Shown here piece after piece: positions 1 to 8,862 of a stretch of 45,892 bases of DNA. The position numbers and the translations under genes were made by a program. Below the pieces are notes generated by a model, which saw nothing but the letters and a program-made list of their open reading frames with translations, made no database searches and was not told where the DNA came from. The stretch's first letter is position 1; each line of letters begins with the position of its first letter. Source of the DNA: Nitrospinota bacterium (GTDB lineage Bacteria > Nitrospinota > Nitrospinia > Nitrospinales > VA-1); NCBI GenBank assembly GCA_038108555.1, contig JAYNIA010000016.1:1-45892 (forward strand). The letters are read 5' to 3'.

Positions 1-1448
1 CCGTAGTATTCATCGGATTTAACCACGACCTTTCCATTGGGAGCGTATACCCTCAAGTGATAGTTTTCGTCAAGAATAACTGTATCCTTGGTTTTATTAC
101 CGCTCAGGTCGGTCTGCGTCAGTCCATACAAAATGAAATGTCTCTCAAAAATATCAGGTGTGTTCAGTTCGGGGCCCTGAATGTAGCGGCCTCTCCTATA
201 AACAATTTTTTTAATGGGTCCCAGGAAGGGAGCTTCAATTCCCGGGCTCTGCGACATCAACGTGGGTTTCTCACCAAAGGGACGAATGATGCGAAAATAA
301 AGGTTAACGTCTCCCCAGAGTTGTTTAAACCTTTTGCTTCCTTTTTGTTTTTCTATTACAAAAGATTCCAGTTTTGTTCCCTTTTGGTTGGTGACAAAGA
401 TTTCATCACGACCATTGCCGTTGATATCGCCAACATCCACACCCCAGAATCGGTCGAATCCTTTTTTCTTTTTTATTTGTCCTATTTTTTTTAGCTTGCC
501 ATTTTTTTGTTTAAAAACCATGACGCGGTATTTATCTATAAGGACAAGTTCGTTTTTACCATCCCCGTTCAGGTCTCCCACATCGAAGTCCACCATTTCA
601 TAAGGGAATATTTCCTTGTCAATAAACTTGAAGACTTTTTTACCCCTCTCAAAACTGGTTTGTGGACCTCTTTCCATTTCCCGGCGTACTGTTCTGCCAG
701 GTAATTCATCGGACAACACCTTGGCTTGTTTTTGCAAAGAGCCATCTTTTGCAGAGACCAGTTTGTAACTCAAAACCATTTTCCCTTTAACCGTTCGGAC
801 ATTGGGAATCAAAATAAGGTCGGCCTTGACTTCCCTGTTTAGCTTCTTCAGGTTTCTGGATTTTAAGGCTGAATTCTCATTGAGTTTTTTGTCTGCCATC
901 CACAAACCCAAATCAAAAGCAGGGACTTCAAAACGCGGATGCTTGTTCAATTTTTTTTCAAGGTTGAGACGAAGCCAATCTGCATCAATTTTTTTCCGCG
1001 TGTTTATGTTGGGCGGTGCCACCAGGAAGGTTAACTTCTGAAAAGGGCTTCGCACACCATCCCCTTCTTTTGGAAGGACGGTTGGATTGAGTAACCGGGC
1101 GTGGGAGAAATCTTTTCTCACTTCCAGTATCTCAATTTCACCCAGGTCGGTCTCTTTGCGACCTACCTTCTTTTTGGTCACGGGATGGAACAGGTCTCTT
1201 CCGTACCGGATCAGTTTCAACCGGTCTCCTTTTTTAACAGCCATTCCGCGTTTAAGGTCGAGGGTCAATCCGCTTCCTTCTACTGAGATAACATAGCCCT
1301 CGAGAGGCGGATATAAAGATTCAATCTGAGAGACGATTCGGTCTAACGTGGCATCCGATTGTGCATGGACAAGTCCGGGGGCGAGCGTTATTAATAAAAG
1401 AGCTGCAAATAGCGATGCTCCATGAATTTTGCGAATAAATTTACGCAT
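1..1448 (-). CDS. Exported protein with FG-GAP/VCBS-like repeats (3' end runs off the window)
   Basis: Not in the ORF track. Manual translation from ATG 1448 gives MRKFIRKIHGASLFAALLLITLAPGLVHAQ (signal peptide), a FlgT-C-like segment (HPVTKKKVGRKETDLGEIEILEV), and DVGDLNGDGKNELV / DVGDINGNGRDEIFV motifs. The frame is open to the window edge. Confidence 0.8.
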   Translation of the reverse strand, partial: MRKFIRKIHGASLFAALLLITLAPGLVHAQSDATLDRIVSQIESLYPPLEGYVISVEGSGLTLDLKRGMAVKKGDRLKLIRYGRDLFHPVTKKKVGRKETDLGEIEILEVRKDFSHARLLNPTVLPKEGDGVRSPFQKLTFLVAPPNINTRKKIDADWLRLNLEKKLNKHPRFEVPAFDLGLWMADKKLNENSALKSRNLKKLNREVKADLILIPNVRTVKGKMVLSYKLVSAKDGSLQKQAKVLSDELPGRTVRREMERGPQTSFERGKKVFKFIDKEIFPYEMVDFDVGDLNGDGKNELVLIDKYRVMVFKQKNGKLKKIGQIKKKKGFDRFWGVDVGDINGNGRDEIFVTNQKGTKLESFVIEKQKGSKRFKQLWGDVNLYFRIIRPFGEKPTLMSQSPGIEAPFLGPIKKIVYRRGRYIQGPELNTPDIFERHFILYGLTQTDLSGNKTKDTVILDENYHLRVYAPNGKVVVKSDEYY

Positions 1449-1500
1449 AAAGAAAGTTTGTTTTGAGAGAGTTTAAATCCGTTCCCCCCGGTTGAGGGTT

Positions 1501-2715
1501 TTATGTGTCCAACAGCTGAACGGCAACCTGGGCGCCTTCTTTAATTTCAGATTCTTCCAAAGGAAATACCAGTAATCCATTGGCATTGGCTGCTGATTTT
1601 AATACTCCGGACCCCTGTTCACCGGCCGGGGTAACCGTATATTCCCCGTTATGGGATGAGACCACGGAACTTAAAAAGTGCAGTCGGCCCGGTTTTTTGT
1701 GGATCGTTCGTGTTAATTTTGCCTGTACCGTTTGATGCATTAAATCCGAACATCCCATGACCTTTTTTAATGAGGGACGGACAAACTGCTCAAAAGATAC
1801 AAAAGAAGATACCGGGTTGCCGGGAAGCCCGAATATGGGGGTGTCTCCGATACGACCAAAAGCGAGGGGTTTGCCCGGTTTCATTGCCACTTTCCAAAAG
1901 AGCATTTCGTTGCCCATTTTTTGCAGACTGGCTTTGACGAGATCGTAATCCCCCACTGAAACTCCACCGGAGGAAACCACAATATCGGATTGAAGTGCCC
2001 ATTCAAATTTTTCCATCAGATCTTTTTCTGTGTCTTTTGCAATTCCCAGATAGACTGGAATTCCACCGGCAGATTTTATTTGCGCCGCCAGCATGTGGCC
2101 ATTGCTGTTATAAATTTGCGGTCCTTCCGGTTTTTGGTCGAGTTCGAGAATTTCATCTCCCGTTGAAAGGATGCTAACGGTAGGTCTCTGGCCCACAGCC
2201 ACTTGCGATCGTCCTACTACAGCCATCATACCAATATGGGCAGGACTCAGAGTGACCCCTTTTTTAATGACGACTTCGCCCTTGGCAACATCTTCACCGG
2301 CTTTGCGGATGTTTTCTTCAACATCGGCCCTGTCTTTTGCGAGAATGAAGTTCCCGTCTTTATCTGTATCTTCCTGCATCAATACTGCGTTGGCACCTGC
2401 GGGGATGGGGGCTCCTGTCATAATGCGCATGGCCTGGCCCGGTTTTAGGGTTCCCTTGGCAGAGTAACCCGCTGCAATTTCTTCAACCACTTCGAGCTTG
2501 ACTGGTGATTCCGGTGTGGCCTTTTCAATGTCTTCGGCGATCAGGGCGTAACCATCCATCGCAGAGTTGTCCAAAGGGGGATTGTTCAGTCCCGCTACAA
2601 TATCTTCCGCAAGCACTCTTCCCAGGGCCTCGCCGAGAGAAACTTTCTCAACGCCTTTAAATTGAATTTTTTCCAGAATGTTTTTTCTTGCAACTTCAAC
2701 GGGGGTCAAACTCAT
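1501..2715 (-). CDS. moeA: Molybdopterin molybdenumtransferase (MoeA/gephyrin-like)
   Basis: NSAMDGYA, RIMTGAPIP, STGDE, SSGGVSVGDYD, KPGKP and GLPGNPVS motifs. Confidence 0.97.
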   Translation of the reverse strand: MSLTPVEVARKNILEKIQFKGVEKVSLGEALGRVLAEDIVAGLNNPPLDNSAMDGYALIAEDIEKATPESPVKLEVVEEIAAGYSAKGTLKPGQAMRIMTGAPIPAGANAVLMQEDTDKDGNFILAKDRADVEENIRKAGEDVAKGEVVIKKGVTLSPAHIGMMAVVGRSQVAVGQRPTVSILSTGDEILELDQKPEGPQIYNSNGHMLAAQIKSAGGIPVYLGIAKDTEKDLMEKFEWALQSDIVVSSGGVSVGDYDLVKASLQKMGNEMLFWKVAMKPGKPLAFGRIGDTPIFGLPGNPVSSFVSFEQFVRPSLKKVMGCSDLMHQTVQAKLTRTIHKKPGRLHFLSSVVSSHNGEYTVTPAGEQGSGVLKSAANANGLLVFPLEESEIKEGAQVAVQLLDT

Positions 2716-3851
2716 GGTGTCTCCCTTTTTTGATAAACAACTAATCTCATATTCCTCTTTTCATAATCTTCCGCTGTGTTGATGTTCATAAATTTTGACC
2801 GGTCCGCTTCATGAATCTTTAATTTTTTAAATGGGAGTGGCTCAATAATCCGGGTCAGGGAAAGCTCTCTTCTTGACATGGCTTCAAACAGGGGAACGAT
2901 GAATTTAGGCTCGTAAATGGCGCACATGGGCTCATAACCGAATCGGCCTTTTTGAACATAGCAGGTGCCATATCTCAATGGGTCTCGGTTTTGTAATATG
3001 GCCTCGAAATCTTCTTCTTTTAATAAAGGCATATCGCATGCGGTTATCATCCATGCCTTATCCGGGAACCGACCCATCAAAGTCGCGAGCCCTCCCACTG
3101 GTCCCAGCTTGATGTGCTCGTCATTGATACGTTCGACATCTTTGATTTCCGGAAGAGAACTCATATCCAGATCGGCACGAGAGGAAAGAAATACTTTCTC
3201 GCAGAATTTGCTCAACAGGTTGGCGGCTTTTTCTGTTCCCGTTTTGCCCTCGTAGTTTAGCGCAAACTTTGGTTTTCCCATTCGCTTGCTTTCGCCACCT
3301 ACAAAGACCGCCCCAAATATTTCGCTGGCACATCTTTTGAAATGACCATTGACGAAGTCAAAGATTTTTTCGACTTCATCGCGATGGAAAATAGGAATGC
3401 CCTGCTCAACAAACTGTTCCAGAGTTCCAGTCCCTTGGTGCACAATTGCGCAAATTCCCTTGCTGTCAGGGGGTATTGGAAGCTTTCCTTTTTCATCCAA
3501 AAACACAATTTTGTTGAATGGAGACTGCTTGTATCCTTCAATCAGTATGCAATCGCAACGTTCTAACGCGTGCGTGATGGTGAGTTGCTTGAAATCATTA
3601 TCTGCCAACACTCCAAAATGGGTCGGGTCATTGATTGCCACAATTCCGGCACCTGCTTCCCTTACACGGGCGGTGTCCTTCCCGCTTTTGTCCATACTGA
3701 ATCGGTGGGAATCGTGTTTGTAGTAACCCACACGGATATCTTCTTCAGCAAACCGTTTGGTTAAACGTTCAAGCAATGTGGTCTTACCCACTCCGGAAAA
3801 ACCCGCAAAGCATAAAAACGGGGTTTTAAATTGTTCCCAATAAACATCCAT
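2712..3851 (-). CDS. mobB/mobA: Bifunctional MobB (N-term)-MobA (C-term) molybdopterin-guanine dinucleotide biosynthesis protein
   Basis: GFSGVGKTT, KHDSH, GKDT and ILIEGYK (MobB), then GGESKRMG, GPVGGL, ACDMP, EPMCAIY and NINT (MobA). 4-nt overlap with moeA. Confidence 0.92.
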   Translation of the reverse strand: MDVYWEQFKTPFLCFAGFSGVGKTTLLERLTKRFAEEDIRVGYYKHDSHRFSMDKSGKDTARVREAGAGIVAINDPTHFGVLADNDFKQLTITHALERCDCILIEGYKQSPFNKIVFLDEKGKLPIPPDSKGICAIVHQGTGTLEQFVEQGIPIFHRDEVEKIFDFVNGHFKRCASEIFGAVFVGGESKRMGKPKFALNYEGKTGTEKAANLLSKFCEKVFLSSRADLDMSSLPEIKDVERINDEHIKLGPVGGLATLMGRFPDKAWMITACDMPLLKEEDFEAILQNRDPLRYGTCYVQKGRFGYEPMCAIYEPKFIVPLFEAMSRRELSLTRIIEPLPFKKLKIHEADRSKFMNINTAEDYEKRNMRLVVYQKRETP

Positions 3852-3939
3852 ATAGGGTACGCAACCTTGTATAATAAAGGCCGAACGCGCATGTTTTTGC
3901 GTTCGGCAGGTAAGTCATTAAAAAAGAGTTAATTAGACT

Positions 3940-3968
3940 ATTATTTCGCAGCCGTCTGATGCTGTCAA
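3940..3968 (-). promoter_or_regulatory. Putative sigma70 promoter of the mobBA-moeA operon
   Basis: TTGACA-17nt-AATAAT on the minus strand. Confidence 0.5.
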
Positions 3969-4042
3969 CCCTTTTCCTTTGGGAGGGTTACAGGAGAAAG
4001 TAACGATAAAAACAATAATTGGCAGGAAGGGTAAATCGCTGG

Positions 4043-5038
4043 ATGAAAATAAAACAGTTTAAAAATATTTGGGCGGTACTGGGGGCTTTTTTATTTTTAT
4101 TAAATAGTCCGTCCTTTGCGGATGAGGTTAACACCTCAGAGGCTCCAGAAGTCCCTCCACATACCTCGCGGTTCATGCCCGAGACCGTCGTGGTGAATTT
4201 TGAAGCGAAAGAGTTTGAAGGTCCTCTAGCCGATGGAAAAAACTACAAATTCTGGAGTTTTAATGGGACGGTTCCCGGACCGATGATTCGGGTCCGTTTG
4301 GGGGATACAGTAGAATTTCATCTTTCAAATGCCGATGACAGCCAATTCCCCCACAATATTGACCTTCATGCCGTCAACGGTCCGGGGGGCGGAGCAGCAG
4401 CTACCCTGGTTGCTCCGGGAGAGAAGAAGGTTTTTCAATTTAAAACCCTGCACCCGGGACTCTTTATTTACCATTGCGCTTCCCCGGTCCCCAGCATTCC
4501 CGAACATATATCCAACGGTATGTACGGACTGATCCTTGTCGAACCCAAACATGGTTTGTCCCGGGTAGATCATGAGTTTTATGTTTTTCAAAGTGAGTTC
4601 TTCACCAAACCTACTGATGAAGATGAAACTGTATTGGAATTCAATATGGCAAAAGGGTTATCCGAGCAACCGGATTACATTGTGTTTAATGGGAGGTCCG
4701 GGGCGTTGATGGGAGACAATGCCTTGCAGGCAAATGTGGGAGAAAAGATTAGAATCTATTTTGGCAATATAGGCCCGAACTCCTCATCCTCCTTCCATAT
4801 TATTGGTGAGGTTTTTGATCAGGTTTATTTGGAAGGGGCTTTAGATGGAATTGCTAATAATAATGTGCAGACCACTTTGGTTCCATCAGCAGGAGCAGCG
4901 ATTTTAGAATTTAAAGTTGATGTTCCCGGAAACTACTTATTGGTTGACCACAGTATATTCAGAATCAATAAGGGTGCCGTGGGTGTGCTAACCGTTACAG
5001 GAGAGAAAGACCCAGAGATATTTCGTGTCCTAGATTAA
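4043..5038 (+). CDS. nirK: Copper-containing nitrite reductase (AniA/class II-like)
   Basis: PHNIDLHAV, YHC...EHISNGMYG, SSFHIIGE and LVDHS supply the type 1/type 2 Cu ligands and catalytic Asp/His. Sec signal peptide from ATG 4043 (ORF track starts at 4019). Confidence 0.95.
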   Translation: MKIKQFKNIWAVLGAFLFLLNSPSFADEVNTSEAPEVPPHTSRFMPETVVVNFEAKEFEGPLADGKNYKFWSFNGTVPGPMIRVRLGDTVEFHLSNADDSQFPHNIDLHAVNGPGGGAAATLVAPGEKKVFQFKTLHPGLFIYHCASPVPSIPEHISNGMYGLILVEPKHGLSRVDHEFYVFQSEFFTKPTDEDETVLEFNMAKGLSEQPDYIVFNGRSGALMGDNALQANVGEKIRIYFGNIGPNSSSSFHIIGEVFDQVYLEGALDGIANNNVQTTLVPSAGAAILEFKVDVPGNYLLVDHSIFRINKGAVGVLTVTGEKDPEIFRVLD

Positions 5039-5053
5039 TTACCTTTCTATGGG

Positions 5054-7114
5054 CTACGCAGAATAAAGGGAAGCTTTTATTTCTTTTTCAATTTGCGGGT
5101 TGGCAGGCCGGTTTCCGAAACGCACTTTTTCGTAATAATCAATGATTAGCTCCACCTGTTTGATTCTGGTGGCAGGAATAGAGCTTTTCAGAAGTTCCCT
5201 CGCTGTCAGGCTTGGGCTAATTTTTATTCCCTCTCTCTCTAGTTGTTTTTGAAGGTCTTTATAAAATTTTACCGCATCGGGAAGGGCTGGAGATTGCCGG
5301 TGTTGCCGGAGTAATGAATAAATGGCGATGGCTGCAATCAAAAATAATAAGAGCCACTTTTGGCTTTCGACCCACCTTTGGGCATCACTCAAATTCATTG
5401 AAGGTAGATTTTTTATAGATTCCAACATATCGCGGCTGCCGGAGCGGAAAAACTGGACCATATTTTCCTGGTCCTTGTAAGAGTAACGAATTATATAGCG
5501 TTGCCAATTCATTCTTAGCAGGTCCATGGTTTTTGCAAAAGGACTGGGCGTGGATGTTACGACCAGGTTGGGGTCCGGAGGTGTCGGGTCATACACCACC
5601 CAACCTTTTTGGGGAATAAAAGCTTCAACCCAGGAGTGGGCGTGGCTTTGCCTGATGATCAGGTAATTGCCCCACTCATGCCATTCAACTCCGGTGAACC
5701 CATTGACCAGCCTTGCCGGTATTCCTGATTGTCTTAACAAGATGGTCATGGCCGAAGCAAAATACTCGCAATGCCCTTCTTTCCGGTCAAACAGGAAATA
5801 TTCCAAAGCCGTTTTATCGGGATCGTTTTGCATGTCCAGCGAATACTTGAAATCCTTAAAGTGGTTGAGAATATTGAAAGCCTTTTCTTCAATTGAATCG
5901 GCAGACTGAGTCAGTTCATTCGCAAGGCTTATGGTGGCTTCACTGGTTTGTGGTAGTTGTAAAAATCTGTCGGGGAAAATGTTTTTGTCTGAACCAGGAA
6001 CCTTTAGATTGTAGGTTGTATTCGGATTGGATATTTCTGAAACCAGAGTGTATTTGTCAGGCCCAGATCTTGAGCGGTCGGTTTTTAAGACGAACCCCTG
6101 ATTCATTTTCAAATTTTTAAAATTACCATCTACAAATAGGGGGACTCCATGCGTAAACAAATATGGCACTTCAAAAGATTCCAAATAGACCGTTTGTTCG
6201 ACCACCTCTCTGGGTTGGGAGATTTTGAAAAGCCCCAGGCCCCTACCGGGTTTGTTGGGCAAACTGAACTCATTGCTCAAGGTAGAGTTCCAGGTCTTTC
6301 CGTTGTAATGGTCCAAAACAACCCCACGCCAAAGTATTCGTGAATTGGGGCGGTAGGGTTTTCCATTGCGTGTGTACTCGACACGCATCACTACAGAAGA
6401 GTTTTGTTTGATTTTCCCAACATCTCCGAGTGTGACTACATCCGAAAATCCGGTGATCGGTTGAGAGGAATTGTTTAAGGCCATAAACCCGAGTCCTAAC
6501 CGGGGAAAGGAAATGAAAATGGCCGCGGTTAACAGGAAACTCAGCAGAACCACTCCTGTAGACCACCCCACAAAAGCTTTTTTCAATTTCTGGTTTTTCC
6601 CCTGATTCCGGAACGATTTAGGTTGGCTTCGTCCGCCCGCTTGTTCGGACATCAAATGGTAAAAAATCAGGCACCAACTCAACACTAGGTAAAACCCAAA
6701 AAACACACCGCCAAATGCCAGCCCCTGTACATACAAAGCACCAATTAAGAGGCAGATAATGGCAATCAGGTAGCCAAATAAATAATCATTAAATTCTGTT
6801 TTATAAATAAAACGGGTGTAAAGGAGATAGACCAGAAACCAGGATATGAGATTGATAACAGGCAGGTCGAATCCAAAATAAAGCAGCGTTATCAGTAGAA
6901 ACCCCCACGTAGACTCTGGAATTTTATAGGATGGGGAGACAGGAATAGTTGAACGGTATTCCAACACGTAGCAGTAGATCAAACCGGCAATGAGAATTCC
7001 CCCGGTCAGCCCGGAAAAAATTTCACTCAAAGTCAAACAGCATAGGGCCAGTCCGGCAAGCAGATAATTGCTGATCAAGAACCCTGTGCGAAGGTTAAGT
7101 GTGAAGTTTGACAA
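5054..7114 (-). CDS. DUF3488/transglutaminase-like membrane protein (TgpA family) with C-terminal DUF4129-like region
   Basis: Multi-TM N-terminus; WRGVVLD; GHCEYFAS, HAHSWVE and YDPTP (Cys-His-Asp triad); YEKVRFG. Confidence 0.88.
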   Translation of the reverse strand: MSNFTLNLRTGFLISNYLLAGLALCCLTLSEIFSGLTGGILIAGLIYCYVLEYRSTIPVSPSYKIPESTWGFLLITLLYFGFDLPVINLISWFLVYLLYTRFIYKTEFNDYLFGYLIAIICLLIGALYVQGLAFGGVFFGFYLVLSWCLIFYHLMSEQAGGRSQPKSFRNQGKNQKLKKAFVGWSTGVVLLSFLLTAAIFISFPRLGLGFMALNNSSQPITGFSDVVTLGDVGKIKQNSSVVMRVEYTRNGKPYRPNSRILWRGVVLDHYNGKTWNSTLSNEFSLPNKPGRGLGLFKISQPREVVEQTVYLESFEVPYLFTHGVPLFVDGNFKNLKMNQGFVLKTDRSRSGPDKYTLVSEISNPNTTYNLKVPGSDKNIFPDRFLQLPQTSEATISLANELTQSADSIEEKAFNILNHFKDFKYSLDMQNDPDKTALEYFLFDRKEGHCEYFASAMTILLRQSGIPARLVNGFTGVEWHEWGNYLIIRQSHAHSWVEAFIPQKGWVVYDPTPPDPNLVVTSTPSPFAKTMDLLRMNWQRYIIRYSYKDQENMVQFFRSGSRDMLESIKNLPSMNLSDAQRWVESQKWLLLFLIAAIAIYSLLRQHRQSPALPDAVKFYKDLQKQLEREGIKISPSLTARELLKSSIPATRIKQVELIIDYYEKVRFGNRPANPQIEKEIKASLYSA

Positions 7115-7231
7115 TCGAAATCCTATTATCTAGAATGATTTCTTTTTCAAAACCAAAGGGGGCCAAGGCCTCTTTTTATCGTTTTTTCTTAAAATATAAC
7201 AATATTATCGCTAATTTTATCTGGAGGTTCC

Positions 7232-7786
7232 ATGAACATTTTTGTTAAAGGCATTGCCGCAAGTTTAATGGGAGTATTGATGACCGGGACGGCGGCACAG
7301 GGTGGGGAAATAGCAGTCATTGAAACCACCATGGGAAATATTGAACTGGAATTTCTGGAAGATGTGGCTCCAGGGCATGTCAAAAATTTCAAAGATCTGG
7401 CGAATAAAGGGTTTTATGACGGCACCACCTTTCACCGGGTCATTCCAGGCTTCATGATTCAGGGTGGTGACCCCAACTCCAAAAGCGATGACCGCACCAC
7501 GCACGGGATGGGTGGTCCTGGCTACTCCATTAAAGCCGAGTTTAATAACACCCCACATGACCGTGGAATCCTTTCAATGGCACGCTCGCAAGATCCGAAC
7601 AGCGCAGGTTCGCAGTTTTTTATAGTGGTAAAAGACGCTCATTTCCTGGATGGTCAATACACCGCTTTTGGCAGAGTGATCAATGGGATGGATGTGGCAG
7701 ACAAAATTGTTAATGCTCCGCGCGATGCCAGGGATAATCCCAATGAACGGATAGAAATGAAATCGGTGAAAATTGAGAGTCGGTAA
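7232..7786 (+). CDS. Cyclophilin-type peptidyl-prolyl cis-trans isomerase, likely exported
   Basis: FHRVIPGFMIQGGDP, LSMAR, SAGSQFFI and LDGQYTAFG; N-terminal signal-like segment. Confidence 0.96.
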   Translation: MNIFVKGIAASLMGVLMTGTAAQGGEIAVIETTMGNIELEFLEDVAPGHVKNFKDLANKGFYDGTTFHRVIPGFMIQGGDPNSKSDDRTTHGMGGPGYSIKAEFNNTPHDRGILSMARSQDPNSAGSQFFIVVKDAHFLDGQYTAFGRVINGMDVADKIVNAPRDARDNPNERIEMKSVKIESR

Positions 7787-7814
7787 AGTTTTTTAAATGG
7801 ATTTAAAAAAATAA

Positions 7815-8171
7815 ATGGAAAACGAATTTAAAATTAATGTCTACGAAATAATGGGAACTTCCACTCCTGCAGGCAGAACCTCGGAGGATGGGGAACCTGC
7901 AGGGGATACCATTAGACAACTGATAATGGATAACTGGGAGAAGTACGAAAAAATTATGGTGTATTTCGAAGGGGTAGTTCAAATGACCCGTCCTTATGTG
8001 GACGAGGCCTTTGCCAAAATTCTTGAGGTATACACTTTGGACCAGTTTAACCAGAAACTGCATTTCCCCGATGCCAATGACCGGATCGTAAAAAGTTTAA
8101 ATGATGCGATCAAGCTCCGATTGAAGATCATCCAAACCCAAAGGGAACGCGAAGAACAACAAAATATTTAA
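7815..8171 (+). CDS. STAS-like (DUF4325-like) protein
   Basis: EDGE...VYFEGVVQMTRPYVDEAFAKI pattern typical of DUF4325. Confidence 0.65.
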   Translation: MENEFKINVYEIMGTSTPAGRTSEDGEPAGDTIRQLIMDNWEKYEKIMVYFEGVVQMTRPYVDEAFAKILEVYTLDQFNQKLHFPDANDRIVKSLNDAIKLRLKIIQTQREREEQQNI

Positions 8172-8183
8172 AGGTTTTGTTTG

Positions 8184-8786
8184 TTATTTGAGGGAGGTTT
8201 TCGCAACTTCTTCAATAAAGGGATCCAGGAAACCTTTAATCGCGTCTGCGTTTTGAACTGTATAGATCTTGTTGTAAACGGTCATTGGCTCATCAACCAG
8301 AACCGCTTTTGCCTCTTCTAATTCCTTGATGGCTTTTTTATTGTCCGGTTCGGTTGTCACTTCCATGTTTTGCAGAAGGTCTGCCTTCCCCAGGCAGGGT
8401 ACGGCATTTCCGATTGCAGCCACCACCATTCCTGAGCGATGTCGATCTGCGAGGAGCAACCGAAGAAGTTTATCCTTCCATAAATAGGTTCTTGCTCCAC
8501 TGCCGCCAATTACGATGACTCCGTGAAACACTCCCTTGATTTGGCGGACTCCCTTTGCTGCAGAAACATAACTGTCACCAGTTATTCCCTCAATGGCATC
8601 CACAATCAGGACATCCGGATTTGCTCGTCCCGACTTCATCCCAACCGCTTCTTTTAATTTGCTGGAAGCAACAAGAACCTTGGCACCTTCAGAGTTCATA
8701 GCTTCAAAAACGGGATCAAACTCGCTTTCCAAATAATAATCTTTGGGAATGATGATCAGTACATTTTTGCCTTCAAGCCGTGCCAT
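8184..8786 (-). CDS. DJ-1/PfpI family protein lacking the canonical Cys
   Basis: GKNVLIII...ESEF, VIVIGGSGA; VAAIGNA at the VAAICHG position. Confidence 0.85.
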   Translation of the reverse strand: MARLEGKNVLIIIPKDYYLESEFDPVFEAMNSEGAKVLVASSKLKEAVGMKSGRANPDVLIVDAIEGITGDSYVSAAKGVRQIKGVFHGVIVIGGSGARTYLWKDKLLRLLLADRHRSGMVVAAIGNAVPCLGKADLLQNMEVTTEPDNKKAIKELEEAKAVLVDEPMTVYNKIYTVQNADAIKGFLDPFIEEVAKTSLK

Positions 8787-8862
8787 TTTTCAATACCCTT
8801 TAATTTAAAATTTGAAGGCCGCACGGAAAAACAAATCGTGCAGCCAATGTTTGTGTTTTTCT

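Noticed and set aside
57..1296. Several short plus-strand ORFs
   Set aside because: Antisense to the minus-strand FG-GAP gene, which the ORF track missed because its stop lies outside the window.
3852..4042. FNR/NnrR box upstream of nirK
   Set aside because: No convincing TTGAT-N4-ATCAA-like palindrome seen.
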